Of a stretch of DNA of 64,000 nucleotides, positions 40,833-51,745 are shown piece after piece. The stretch spans positions 1,280,001 to 1,344,000 of the forward strand of contig OZ245056.1 in NCBI GenBank assembly GCA_965224705.1, written 5' to 3'. Under the pieces are notes generated by a model. That model ran no database searches. It worked only from the letters and a program-made list of their open reading frames with translations, and was not told the origin of the DNA. Position 1 is the stretch's first letter, and each line of letters opens with the position of its first letter. The stretch comes from Spirochaetaceae bacterium. GTDB taxonomy: Bacteria > Spirochaetota > Spirochaetia > DSM-2461. The translations under genes were made by a program, and so were the position numbers.

Positions 40833-42007
40833 ATGGATTTAATCACAGAACGACCATTCAAACAATTCTTTGACGAGATTCAGGGATCGACGATCAAGAC
40901 ACTCTGAGTGGCTATGCCTTTCCTGTCTGAATCTGTAGTGAACAACTACATGATTGAGTTTCTTGTCAAACGTAAGACAAAGCTGATTTTTATTACAAAC
41001 CTATCCTCGCTACACATTGCCATGTCGCTCTCTAATCCAGCAAAGCCGCTTCTTAGACTTATGAAGAAACTTGAGAACCGAGTAGAGATAAGAAGAGCAC
41101 AGAATCTTCATGCAAAGCTCCTGCTCGCTGATGAGTGGAGAGGCCTCGCAGGGTCATCCAATTTAACGCAAGGCGGAGACCAAACCAACTGGGAACTTAA
41201 TTTCATGCTGCGAAGGACCAAAGATGATAAGACCAAAATCGCAGAGCTGATAGATTGGTTCGATAGTCGACTTACACAAAGTATCTCTGTAACGAAGAAG
41301 GACTTAGAGGCTATTGAGAAATCATGGAGTATGTACGAAGGGATGCGAAATAGCATAAGACCAGAAGTATGTCTCGGGGGAGAATACTGGAAGAAATTAC
41401 AGCAATTCGCCCATAGGCAAGAAGTTAAATTCGATACAGCACATAAATGGCTAACGGAAAAGGACTCCGAAAAAGAAATAACAAAGAATACAAAGAACAA
41501 GCTGATATTTCTTCGCAACCTTGGTGTCGTATCTGGCTGGGACAAGGATAAAGTCTATATCGCTATACCAAAACCTGAGTTTGTAGACGACCGACTAAAG
41601 AGTGCAAAACTTATTTCCAATCATGTCACTAAATTCAGTGCATTGATCCAGGCCATGGAGCCTGTCGGACTTACGCCTCACGCTCGATTTTTGCCCTTTT
41701 TCCCTGCTGCTGCGTTGCCAAAATACTCACGTAGCCCAGCTACGCTCCGTTTTTGTCGCCTTGCATCAGGAAAAAATCATCAAAAATCGCCTTGAAGTCT
41801 TAAAGTCCGACAGACTCCATGTGTAGGGTGAAGCAAGCTACCTATAAAGATCTTGAGGATTTGCGGTACCCGTGGGTTCATGGACGAACCCACATTATTG
41901 GGGCGAAGTGTGCCCGGCATGACCAATATCCACAGGAATCAAAGGACAAGGATGTTAAAGGTGAAGGGGGAACATGCAGTCGTTCTGTTGGAACGATGAG
42001 TATCTGA
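40833..42007 (+). pseudogene. Phospholipase-D-family (HKD) nuclease, inactivated by a nonsense codon and a MITE insertion
   Basis: LHAKLLLAD...GSSNLT. In-frame TGA at 40905-40907 (TL*VAMPF). Removing the MITE rejoins IQAM to CRVKQ in frame. Confidence 0.75.
41658..41817 (+). mobile_element. Family A MITE, core A1 (160 bp), CATG duplication
   Basis: CATG|GAGCCTGTCGGACTT...AAGTCCGACAGACTC|CATG inside the PLD gene. Confidence 0.92.
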
Positions 42008-42122
42008 TCAGATGAGACCAGCCACTGGGGAGTGTTACACCAATTCCTGACGTAACAGGGAAAGAGGAATTATGCGGTCCACTTATCTTTAAGCGTTTCA
42101 ACGACCATGCCTCATGTGTCCT

Positions 42123-42374
42123 CTAAAAATGCCGGAAGTATTTCCTATCTCCTCCATAGGGACGGCCCGTCCTTTGCCCATAGATAAAGAACCCCTGTGG
42201 TAAATGTTTTTCTATAACCCGAAGATGATGGAGAAAGGCGCGGTGTTCGCAATTCAGCGGTTCGGGGAAACAATCCTGTAGTTCATATTTAAGCGGCAGG
42301 GCAATCGCATCTAATTCTATCCCAAAAAGAATGAAGAAGACTGATTTTGGGGGATCGAATGGAGTTTCCTTCAA
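42123..42374 (-). pseudogene. Possible N-terminal fragment of a DDE transposase (IS5/IS1182-like)
   Basis: FPEPL...HRAFL...TGRPY...YFRHF resembles the GRP-containing N-terminal region of this group. Confidence 0.4.
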
Positions 42375-42413
42375 TAGTAGGAGTTTGTCAACTTTTTGTT
42401 ATCATTGTGAGGT

Positions 42414-43641
42414 GGTAACTTGTCAAGTTAACGGTCCACTTTTTTCATGAAACTCATGATGACCTGTCTTTCAAGCTGTCAAATGAATCCCTATGGCCTC
42501 ATTGGCCGATCGTCCACCTATAATATCCGCCGTGGGCAGTTGTTTACCCAATCCTGTATCTCCCTGATCTCCTTCTTGCTGTAGCACCCTATATCACTAC
42601 CTCCGGGTATGAATCGCCGTACCACGCCATTGGCATTTTCATTGCTTCCCCGCTCCCACGATGAGTATGGGTGCGCGTAGTAAATAGTTGATCTCTTGCC
42701 CCGGGTCAGGCAGGAGCGTTCCATCTTCTGGCTGTCCATAAATTCACAGCCGTTGTCGCATGTGATTGACTTAAACACCTTCCGAAACTGCCGACTGCCC
42801 AGCTTTCTCTCTATCTTATCCAGAGTTTTTACCAGGCTCTTTGATGTCCCGTCGGGCAGCTTTTCCATCATGATAAACCGTCCTGATCGCTCAAGGAGAG
42901 TCATCAGAGTTTGTTTGCCCCTGCCTTCAGCTCCGACAATGCTATCGATTTCCCAATGACCAAATTCTTCCCGTTTTTCAATATAATCCGGTCGGGTTGA
43001 AATACTCTTCATGGCTGACTTTGCTCTGTTGTGCTTCTTATAGCCTTTTGAGCCCTTCTTATGCCTTCTTTTGCCCCGGAGCAGGCAATCCCTGGCATCC
43101 CCCAGCAGACCTTCATGAATATACCGGTAGAGGGTTCTTGTGCTGATTCTTGTGTCCGTTGGCCATGAGAGCTTCTTATAGTGCATGATGACCGCGTCAG
43201 GGCTGTATTTCTTTGCAAGGAGCTTTCTGATTTCCTTGACAAGTTTGTAATCGGCACCAGGCTTCAATTCGGGCCCCTTTGCTTCAAGCTCCCTACGAGC
43301 CTTCCCCTGGGCAATATCTGCGCTATAGGTCTGATACTCAGATAAGTCACTATTGCGAAGCCTGACGGCCCCTCGGTTGAGTTCTCTTCGTATGCTTCTT
43401 TCACAGCGATCCAGGATGCTCGCCATCTGTTTGATTCTTATCCTGTCCTTCCCTTTTTTGCGACTCATTCTTTCCAGAATAAGCCGTTCTTCCCAGTTGA
43501 AGTATTTCCCCCTTCTACTGCTCGTGTTATTGTACTCTTGCCCCATGTTAACTCCTGTTTTGTTTGTTTTAAGTAGTATACATGAGTTTCATGGGGCTTT
43601 TTTACCCTCCTTATTGCGGACAGTTAATGTTACAATTCACC
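42414..43641 (-). mobile_element. IS30-family insertion sequence (transposase 42518-43546, frameshifted near C-terminus)
   Basis: SIRRELNR, GHWEIDSIVG, ITCDNGCEF, YAHPYSSWERGSNENANG. Imperfect 26-bp TIRs GGTAACTTGTCAAGTTAACGGTCCAC / GGTGAATTGTAACATTAACTGTCCGC. Confidence 0.9.
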
Positions 43642-43866
43642 ACCTCAAGTTTCATGGGACTTCTTCTTCTTGTTATAGCGGACAGTTAATTGTACAATTC
43701 ACCGATATATGACTGAGCAGTAGATCTGGATCTCCTTAAGTCTTCAAAGTATGATGATGATCAAATCGGAGGAAACAGTGATATTGTCAGCATTTCATTT
43801 CGATAAGTGGTTATACGCAACACTTTTTTTGTACGTTCTTCGCATGCAGAAACCCGGAGGTTTAAC

Positions 43867-44466
43867 ATGAACCCAGATTTGTTTTTTGATGCTCTTGGTT
43901 TCTATCGGTGGACGATCATACCTTTTGGTTTGTTTCTTGGTTTACTTGGTTACCGAATGTACAAAATCTCCCTGTATATTATCGGCCTTTTCCTCGGAAT
44001 TACCATCAGTCCCTGGCTCGGAGGGATCCTCGGCAATGAAAATCTGGGGCTGATATTGGGAATTCTCCTCGGAGTGACCCTGGGAGTTGTGACGCATATA
44101 GTGTTTCGACTCGGTCTTTTCATTGCAGGGATGACAGGAGGTTACATCGTTGTCAGCCTTGTCATACCGGAATTGAATGCTGACCTCAGCTCTATACAGG
44201 AATTGGGATGGTATGCCATAGCTGTTGTCAGCGGCGGATTGTTGACGATCCTTCTATACAAGTTTTTTATTATTCTAATTATCACTATAATCGGGACTTA
44301 TATGATATATATGACGACGAATCAATTTCTTCCACCAGAGATAGAAAGCTGGTCATGGGTTCTCTATGTCATTCTTCTTCTCGTTTTTTTCATCGTTCAG
44401 ATTTCAGCTCGCAATGGGCATCCGGATCCCATGACAAGGATTCGGCGACAACGCCGTTGGCGCTGA
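43867..44466 (+). CDS. Multi-pass membrane protein (DUF4203/TMEM198-like)
   Basis: GGAGG SD, GYRMYK, about 6-7 Gly-rich TM helices. Confidence 0.7.
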   Translation: MNPDLFFDALGFYRWTIIPFGLFLGLLGYRMYKISLYIIGLFLGITISPWLGGILGNENLGLILGILLGVTLGVVTHIVFRLGLFIAGMTGGYIVVSLVIPELNADLSSIQELGWYAIAVVSGGLLTILLYKFFIILIITIIGTYMIYMTTNQFLPPEIESWSWVLYVILLLVFFIVQISARNGHPDPMTRIRRQRRWR

Positions 44467-46305
44467 TCACCGCTGCTTATTCCTCCCCGACCTGACATCC
44501 CGGCCAATTTCACGGCTTTCCAGGGTCTTCCCAAGGAATTCCCTGACGGTTTCAGCAACTTCATCTCCAACGCCAGCTGTTTGTGCAATTTCAGCGGCAC
44601 TTCTTTCGTAAATACCTTCCAGGGTTTTAAATGACTTCATAAGCCTGGCACTTCTTGCCGGACCAATTCCCGGTACTCCTTCCAGCGTTGACAGAGTAAT
44701 GTCTTTCGAGCGAAGAAGTTGATTTCGGGCAGTTGCAGTTCGATGAGCTTCATCCCGAACATGCTGCAGTATGCGTAAACCAGGATCACCAGGCGGCAGC
44801 CATACGGGATCAACACGATGAGGCAGCCATATTTCTTCATTCTTCTTTGCCAGCCCCAGTAGAGCAGTTTTTTTGTCGATCTCCAATGCTTTCAGTATAT
44901 TTAACGCCGCAGAAACCTGGCCGCGGCCTCCATCAACCAGAATTAAATCCGGTAGAGGTGATTCTTCATTGAGCAGGTGCTGACACCGTCTGCCCACGAC
45001 TTCCGCTATCGATTTATAGTCGTCAATGGCTCCGTCCGTGCTTTTGATTCCATAGAGTCTGTAGCCGCTTTTGTCTGGACGGCCATCCAGAAAAGATACC
45101 TGTGAGGCGACTGTATGCTTTCCGTGAAGATGAGCGATGTCGAAACCTTCAATTCGAAGGGGAATTTCAGGCAGGGACAGGATGCGCTTGAGTTCTTCCA
45201 GAGCAGGAAGATCTCCTTCTTTCCGAATAATGCGATCCAGTTCTGCCTCTGCATTCTGCCTGGCCATGGCCAGAATGGCCACATCTTTTTTTTTCTCAGG
45301 GATCTGAATCTGTAAGAGGTTGTTATCATCTTCCTTAAAAAACTGTTCAACGAGGGGGCTGGGAGCCTCTGGAATAAACAGAACGCCAGGACGCGGACGG
45401 TTATTTTTAGCATAGTACTGAAGAAGAAATTCCGGCAGAGCCTCTCCTGCATCACCAGCATACTCATTGAAATACAGTTGACGATCTGCAACCAGTCCCT
45501 CCCTCGTCTGAAGAACGGCGAAAACAATGTGCCGTCCTGAAACTGCATAATCCATATAGTCCCGTGCATCCTCATTGAAATCCATCACGGTATGCTCTGC
45601 GTCCAGAACATCCAGGGTTCCAAGGGCATCTCTGAGTTCAGCGGCTTTTTCAAAATTGAGTTCCGCTGCAGCAGATTTCATATTCTTTTCCAGTTCTTTA
45701 CGGAAACCAATGGTTTGTCCTGCCAGCAAGGTGCGTATCTTTTTTACACTTTTACCGTATTCATCCTCATCTACGTTGCCAATGCAGGGTGCTGAACAGC
45801 GTTTTATGTGGTAGTACAGGCAGGGGTTGTCTCTTTTTTTCAAGGATTTACACCGTCTCATGGGATAGAGTTTATGTATAAGTTCAATATAGATATCCAC
45901 TGCTTTGGCCTGAGGATAGGGACCATAGTAATCGGATCCATCCTGTAAAACGCGCCGGGTTCGAAATATTCTGGGGAACTTTTCATTTGTAATTCGTATT
46001 ACCGGATAAGTTTTTCCATCTTTGAGAGTGATGTTGTACTGAGGGTTGTATTTCTTGATAAGGGCATTTTCCAATACCAATGCTTCATATTCCGTTGAAG
46101 TAAGAATAGCATCAATATCCTCAGTATTTCTCATAAGAAAACTGGTTTTAATGCCAAGCTTTCCTGAGAAATAGGAGGAAACACGAGATCTGAGATTTCT
46201 TGCCTTTCCCACGTAGATAACTTCTTTTTTTTTGTTGCGCATTACATAGACCCCCGGAGTTACAGGGAATGCCGCAATTTCAGTTTTAATTCTATTCGTA
46301 TTCAC
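44467..46305 (-). CDS. uvrC: Excinuclease ABC subunit C
   Basis: PGVY...IYVGKARNLRSRV GIY-YIG, RIEGFDIAH, PDLILVDGG, RDEAHR, HhH. Confidence 0.97.
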   Translation of the reverse strand: MNTNRIKTEIAAFPVTPGVYVMRNKKKEVIYVGKARNLRSRVSSYFSGKLGIKTSFLMRNTEDIDAILTSTEYEALVLENALIKKYNPQYNITLKDGKTYPVIRITNEKFPRIFRTRRVLQDGSDYYGPYPQAKAVDIYIELIHKLYPMRRCKSLKKRDNPCLYYHIKRCSAPCIGNVDEDEYGKSVKKIRTLLAGQTIGFRKELEKNMKSAAAELNFEKAAELRDALGTLDVLDAEHTVMDFNEDARDYMDYAVSGRHIVFAVLQTREGLVADRQLYFNEYAGDAGEALPEFLLQYYAKNNRPRPGVLFIPEAPSPLVEQFFKEDDNNLLQIQIPEKKKDVAILAMARQNAEAELDRIIRKEGDLPALEELKRILSLPEIPLRIEGFDIAHLHGKHTVASQVSFLDGRPDKSGYRLYGIKSTDGAIDDYKSIAEVVGRRCQHLLNEESPLPDLILVDGGRGQVSAALNILKALEIDKKTALLGLAKKNEEIWLPHRVDPVWLPPGDPGLRILQHVRDEAHRTATARNQLLRSKDITLSTLEGVPGIGPARSARLMKSFKTLEGIYERSAAEIAQTAGVGDEVAETVREFLGKTLESREIGRDVRSGRNKQR

Positions 46306-46396
46306 CCTTGAATCTTTCGTTTTTGGTCTGGCGGGGGAGTTCTTTTAGAGATGTCCCTCAATATACCGATACTAGCATTAAACTGGAAAAATTGAA

Positions 46397-47662
46397 ATGA
46401 AAAAAATCATACTGATAATCGCTGGATACTTCATCCTGACATTCCATTTTCTACAGGCAGAATCCATACGCTATGGAGGAGAATCCGGATGGAACAACAC
46501 CCTCCTCCTCAATTTGCGTCAAATCGAAGGATGGATGGGTAAAAGTGCTTTAACACTGGCCCCACCTGGCAGAAATCCTTTTTCAGACGAAAACTCTGAT
46601 ACCGGATCCATTGACATGCTTTTACTGTCAGAGTCTGGAGGATTGATCAATCCACCTTCACTATATGATATTGAAGGCAGTTATAGAATCTCACAAAATG
46701 TTCCCGGAAGAAGCAATACTTCCATTCGCCCCGGCAGAGGCGGCCTGAAACTCTTCCCTTCCCCGGATGCGATGTGGTCGCCAGGTCGAATATGGGGGGA
46801 TTTCACTCTGGAATTCAGATTGAAGCCGTCAATACTCAGAGAGGGAGAGGTCTTTTTTTCATGGGAAGGTCGGGATAAATCCGGGAGAACTCAGTCTGTT
46901 ACAGCTCAGGTAAAAAAACGACGGCTTGTATGGAAGTTTGAGCATTTTTTTCAGAAAAGTTTTCCAAGATCTCTCGCGTTTTCGCTTACCAGCACACCCC
47001 TTGTTCCTGAGGTATGGAATCATCACAGGATTCGATTCAAATTCGATGATTCTTCGCCGGATAATACTGGTTCCTCTTCAGGCTATCTTGAATACCTCAT
47101 TGATGGTATTCCAGTCGATTCAATGTTTACAACTCATGATGGTCGAGAGGGACGGAATATCTTTGTACCCCGTATTGGTGAGTTATCAAATCAACCCATA
47201 CACCTTGCCCCTGATTTCAATGGCTACTTTGATGAATTTCAACTTAACTCTACAACTTTAACTGATCATCCATCTGGTTCTTATATTAACCAGAATGCAG
47301 CTATAAATGGGAAGGGACGTACCACACCCATTTCTGCTGGTTATCCAACTTCTTCTTTGACAGGGATTACAGCTCGATTTGATACTCCGGGTCTTTCGCA
47401 GATACGATTTTTTGCCCAGGCATTTGACTCTGAATCAGCTGCATTCGCGGCAGGTTTCCCAGATCCTGGTAATCCTGACTGGGTTGAATTGAAAATGAAA
47501 GCAGAATCTGAAGATCCAATGGGTTTTGGCAATTGGTACGATGGAGAGCCGGAGGCAATCATTGTTGGCCGGTACTTCGTCGTTGGATATGTATTCCAAC
47601 CGGATCCTGCCAGGGATAGCGCACCAGTTCTTTCCGTACTTGACGTGATCTATGCTCCTTGA
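46397..47662 (+). CDS. Secreted LamG/concanavalin-like domain protein
   Basis: Signal peptide, DFTLEFRLKP, WNHHRI, FNGYFDEF. Confidence 0.65.
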   Translation: MKKIILIIAGYFILTFHFLQAESIRYGGESGWNNTLLLNLRQIEGWMGKSALTLAPPGRNPFSDENSDTGSIDMLLLSESGGLINPPSLYDIEGSYRISQNVPGRSNTSIRPGRGGLKLFPSPDAMWSPGRIWGDFTLEFRLKPSILREGEVFFSWEGRDKSGRTQSVTAQVKKRRLVWKFEHFFQKSFPRSLAFSLTSTPLVPEVWNHHRIRFKFDDSSPDNTGSSSGYLEYLIDGIPVDSMFTTHDGREGRNIFVPRIGELSNQPIHLAPDFNGYFDEFQLNSTTLTDHPSGSYINQNAAINGKGRTTPISAGYPTSSLTGITARFDTPGLSQIRFFAQAFDSESAAFAAGFPDPGNPDWVELKMKAESEDPMGFGNWYDGEPEAIIVGRYFVVGYVFQPDPARDSAPVLSVLDVIYAP

Positions 47663-47771
47663 TTTCCTCCCTGTTCACCGAGGGGGCCAACACCGGAATA
47701 AAATGGCAGGAATTTCCTGGAGTTCTGCCATGGAGGCCGATGCTGACACGAAGAGCTGTTTCCGATGAAAA

Positions 47772-50189
47772 CTAATCTGATTTGAATTTCCCTATCAGTA
47801 CATCCCAGAAGTATTTGAAATAGCCTCCATTGGAGTTGCTGCCGCCAACCAACCATATCTCCCCGTTATATATTACGGCACTGGTGTATGCACGCCGTAC
47901 ACTATAATGATCGGAGCTTCCTATTCTATCTGCATTACTCTCTGAGCTGCTCCAATCCTTACCATTGACTGTAGACCATAGACCACCAGTTTGCCCGGCA
48001 ATCAACCACAGTCTGCCATCATTTACAAGAGCAATCTTCCCAGAGTCCGACACCCATGGAGCTTCCGCAGCTTCCTGCGTCCAGGAAGGGTCCCCAGCCG
48101 TATAACTCCAGACATCGTTAAGATTATCTCTTTCATACTCCTTATATACTTCATCATATCTGGTGCCAAAACCACCGATGAAGAATATTTTTTCAACACT
48201 GTCAACAGTAAACACAGCAGCACTCGCGGCCAGACGTCCGGACCATCCTGCACTGTCCATGACTTTCATCCACACCTTTCCGTCATCCGAACTCCAGACA
48301 TCATTGAACAACTCATCCTCATCGAAACTGTCATCGATATTATCGCTTCCGCCGAATAGCCAAATAGATCCATCATACACCACGGTGGAGTGACCATAAC
48401 GGGGGGCCCAGATATCACTATCATCGGTGCCGCTCCCGGATCCAGATGATTCCTTTCGCCAGTTTTTGCCATCCGCCGAAGACCAGACATCATTAAGAAG
48501 ATGGGCGTCACCATTATCATCAACCGAGTAGCCGCCGAATATCCACATACGTTCCTCACCACCAACGGAGAACACCACACTGCTATGATCCGAACGGGCG
48601 GCCCAGGGAGCATCATCGACTTCAATGTTCCACTTCACACCATCCGTGGAACTCAAAACAGAGTCTCTACGGCTTGAGTAAACTCTTTTGTCACCACTAT
48701 GAAGAGTTCCAATACCGCCCAATAGCCAAACTCTGTCCTTGAACACCAGGCTGGTATGGCTTACAGGAATATTATCGACCGCCCCATAATTGTACTTATG
48801 GCTTTGCCTCCACTCAATCGCAATGCCGGATGTCTCAGTGCTTTCAGATGACTCAGTACCTTCCGATGACTCAGAACTCTCAGATGACTCAGTACTCTCA
48901 GATGACTCAGTACCTTCAGATGGCTCAGTGTTGCCAGATGGTTCAGTCTTGTCAGATTTAACATTGGGCTCGAATTGTTTCATAGCAGAATCAAGGAGTT
49001 GAGAATCAAAGAGTTGGGCCAGTCTGTCAAATGCGATATCGGATATTTTCATTTCTACTCCATCAATAATGAAGGAGCCAGAAAACCGATTCTGTGCGGA
49101 GGATTCGGCAGAGGAGCCCAATGCATATAAACTCGACATCGCAAGTTGTTTGAATTCGATTTTTGCACCAGATGCTGCCGCAGTACCATCCCAAATGGAG
49201 GTGACTTCTCTAAATTCTTTTTCGCCTGATGCGTTCTCCGTACTATCCTTTGTGTATTTGGAGTTGATGATAGTCGCGGTGTTTAGATCCAACTCAAGAT
49301 CATTATAGGCCGCCAATCCATTAGCCGGGGGGATATGCATCCTCAAATCGAGTCTCCAGCCCTCTTCCCAGGAACCATCAGGAGCCGCAGCAAAACCATC
49401 AGCAATTTTTTTCCTTCGATTATAATACTCGCCCCTATCACTCAGCCCAAAGGACTCAAGACTTCCATCACCATCCTTCAGCGTCAACGCGAATTTAAGG
49501 CTTGATAAGTCGAATAATTCTGCATAATTTCTCTCATCAAACCCTGCCATTGCGGTATTTATTTTTTTCAGGAATTTCACCAGCTTATTCCAGGGTCTCA
49601 AAGCCTGAGTATTTATCTTTTTATCTTCCCCGCCATCACGGCTTTTAATCATGATGGAACCGGATTGGATATCACCATCTTTTCCGAACCAAGTTCCATC
49701 GTACGCAATGGGAATCTTCCTATCGAGTGGAGTACTTGCCTCCATACTGTCCAGAACTTCAAATTCAATATCCCCATCCATACTCCAGCTATCATCAACA
49801 TAGACGGAAATTTTGACGGTTCCTGCGACCTTTCCGCCATCAGGAAATTTCACAACAATTATCTTGATCGGCTGTTCAATTTCAGCGGCCAGAGCCTGTA
49901 CGGACGAGGAAGCAGTAATCTGCTCAACCCTGCCTGTTACTCCTTCATAGGTTACATCGGAACCTTGAGCCAGCTGTTCATTATTAACCACCTGTTCTTC
50001 AATCGCAGATATGAAGCCGACAGATTTATCTGCAGCCGCAAGCTGATCATCGGCCAAAGTCGGCAATGTCACTACCGAGCTGTCATCAGCGGCAGGCTCA
50101 ATTGAAGGATCAAAGATGTTCTGACATCCTGCCAGGAATAGAATGGAGGTCAATCCAAACAGAATGTACCATTTATTTCTTTTTAACAT
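47772..50189 (-). CDS. Lipoprotein with Ser/Glu/Thr linker and C-terminal Kelch-like beta-propeller
   Basis: Lipobox LAGC. Repeated R..H.SVV....W..GG....NDVWSS.DG..W blades. Confidence 0.8.
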   Translation of the reverse strand: MLKRNKWYILFGLTSILFLAGCQNIFDPSIEPAADDSSVVTLPTLADDQLAAADKSVGFISAIEEQVVNNEQLAQGSDVTYEGVTGRVEQITASSSVQALAAEIEQPIKIIVVKFPDGGKVAGTVKISVYVDDSWSMDGDIEFEVLDSMEASTPLDRKIPIAYDGTWFGKDGDIQSGSIMIKSRDGGEDKKINTQALRPWNKLVKFLKKINTAMAGFDERNYAELFDLSSLKFALTLKDGDGSLESFGLSDRGEYYNRRKKIADGFAAAPDGSWEEGWRLDLRMHIPPANGLAAYNDLELDLNTATIINSKYTKDSTENASGEKEFREVTSIWDGTAAASGAKIEFKQLAMSSLYALGSSAESSAQNRFSGSFIIDGVEMKISDIAFDRLAQLFDSQLLDSAMKQFEPNVKSDKTEPSGNTEPSEGTESSESTESSESSESSEGTESSESTETSGIAIEWRQSHKYNYGAVDNIPVSHTSLVFKDRVWLLGGIGTLHSGDKRVYSSRRDSVLSSTDGVKWNIEVDDAPWAARSDHSSVVFSVGGEERMWIFGGYSVDDNGDAHLLNDVWSSADGKNWRKESSGSGSGTDDSDIWAPRYGHSTVVYDGSIWLFGGSDNIDDSFDEDELFNDVWSSDDGKVWMKVMDSAGWSGRLAASAAVFTVDSVEKIFFIGGFGTRYDEVYKEYERDNLNDVWSYTAGDPSWTQEAAEAPWVSDSGKIALVNDGRLWLIAGQTGGLWSTVNGKDWSSSESNADRIGSSDHYSVRRAYTSAVIYNGEIWLVGGSNSNGGYFKYFWDVLIGKFKSD
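48826..48951. repeat. Seven 18-bp tandem units encoding the SE(G/S)TES linker
   Basis: Consensus TCAGATGACTCAGTACCT. Confidence 0.85.
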
Positions 50190-50324
50190 GATGAACTCTC
50201 CTCTCCACGCATATCACAGCGACTATACTGAGAATCAGTATAAAACCTGCTGCATCGTTTATATAATGACAATATACTGGTTATCAGTGTAAAAACAACT
50301 TCTTTTTTACTTAATAGCAAATAC

Positions 50325-51020
50325 CTACCCTTCAAATTTGTTAATTAAATACTCACTTGAAAGATTTTTTGCTACATCATAAGGATCACAATGCTGCCCT
50401 TCCTCGTTGAAGTCTATGGGGCCAATTTTTTTGGCCAGGGCAAGTGCGTGTCCATGAAGATATTTGTTCCGATGTCCAATTCCCTGCACAGCGACCCCCA
50501 TTGCCAGCAAGACTTGCTTATCGGCTTCAGCATAATGCTGCTCAATGTAACGAAGATATCCTGAGAAGTATTGATCGTCCGGAGCATTTTTCTTCTTTGA
50601 TTTTGATAATTCATATAGAAGACCGTATCCACAGCGTTTACGGGTCTCATCATTACCTGGAATCCAGTCCTTTATCAGGTCCAAAACAAAATCAGTCTTA
50701 CCAAGAGTGGCATCACAGGACGAGAAGACATGACACAGATATCCTCCTTCCAATTGCTCAACCTGTGCTTCAATCTGCTCCCTTGTAATTTTTTTGGGGT
50801 CATCAATCAGCATTGAAATTATTCTTGCATCATAATTATCAGTTTCCCAGAGTTCGGCTGCTAATTCAGCGTTCCGACCAATTTTCTTCGCAAGTTTCCG
50901 AAGAACGGTTAAGCCTATTCCGAAACTGTTCAAATTGCTCCGGTTCATCTTTTTCCAGTTTTCGATACCTCGCTGATTTTTATTATCATCTAATAGTTTG
51001 AAAACTTCATTTTTCTTCAT
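50325..51020 (-). CDS. DNA alkylation repair protein (AlkD-like HEAT repeat)
   Basis: FGIGLTVLRKLAKKIGRNAELAAELWE, YDARI. Confidence 0.85.
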   Translation of the reverse strand: MKKNEVFKLLDDNKNQRGIENWKKMNRSNLNSFGIGLTVLRKLAKKIGRNAELAAELWETDNYDARIISMLIDDPKKITREQIEAQVEQLEGGYLCHVFSSCDATLGKTDFVLDLIKDWIPGNDETRKRCGYGLLYELSKSKKKNAPDDQYFSGYLRYIEQHYAEADKQVLLAMGVAVQGIGHRNKYLHGHALALAKKIGPIDFNEEGQHCDPYDVAKNLSSEYLINKFEG

Positions 51021-51114
51021 AACTCCTTAATTATCGTTTATACCTGAGTAGTTTTGCAAGGAAGTCTACATAGGATAGGGGGAAAGAATTCCCGATACTA
51101 CTGAGTTTCCCGTA

Positions 51115-51745
51115 CCCAGTGTCAGAAAGCCTGTAAAACCTCCTTCAACCCATCCCGGAAGTCCAATCTCATCCTAAACCTTCACATATCCGCCTGAGAT
51201 TGGCAAACCCGGTCTCATAGATGAACTCGGACTCACTTCCGGCGAAGATGTTGATGTGGTTGGGACAGTATTGAGAGAAGGAAAAGGACTCCAGTCCATC
51301 TGCGGCCATGGGGAGTTTTTTCAGCAGCCGGGCATGGATTGCCATGGCGGAACGGGCCAGTCTTTCACATCGATTCTGTACCGTATCGGAAGAAACCTCC
51401 AGATGACGGCTGATGTCATTCACACCGGAAGAGGTCACCATCTGCTGTAGAAGTTCCTCGTAGTCGATGACTTTTTTCGCATAGTAATCGATTGAAAAAG
51501 TCTGGGCGGAAAAGGTTCTTTTGCAGTCATTGCAAATGTAGCGCTGGACTGTTCCAAATGCTTCTGTGTGGTAGGAACTGTGTATCGAAAACCAGTTTTT
51601 TTGCTCTGGGGCACTGAAATGGATACATTTCGGGTTGGGGCAGTGAGGGAATAGCATGGTCAAACTCCTTATAAATTGTTTTCTTACTATGTTATAACGA
51701 ACCTGACAGGGGTTTTGCTGCATTAACAAGCTTTCTGACACTGAA
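51115..51745 (-). mobile_element. Family B element with truncated transposase (Zn-ribbon + HTH, IS1-like N-terminus), TA duplication
   Basis: TA|CCCAGTGTCAGAAAGCCTGT...ACAAGCTTTCTGACACTGAA|TA. ORF with CPNPKC, QRYICNDCKRTFS, DISRHLEVSSDTV, cut short. Confidence 0.8.
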
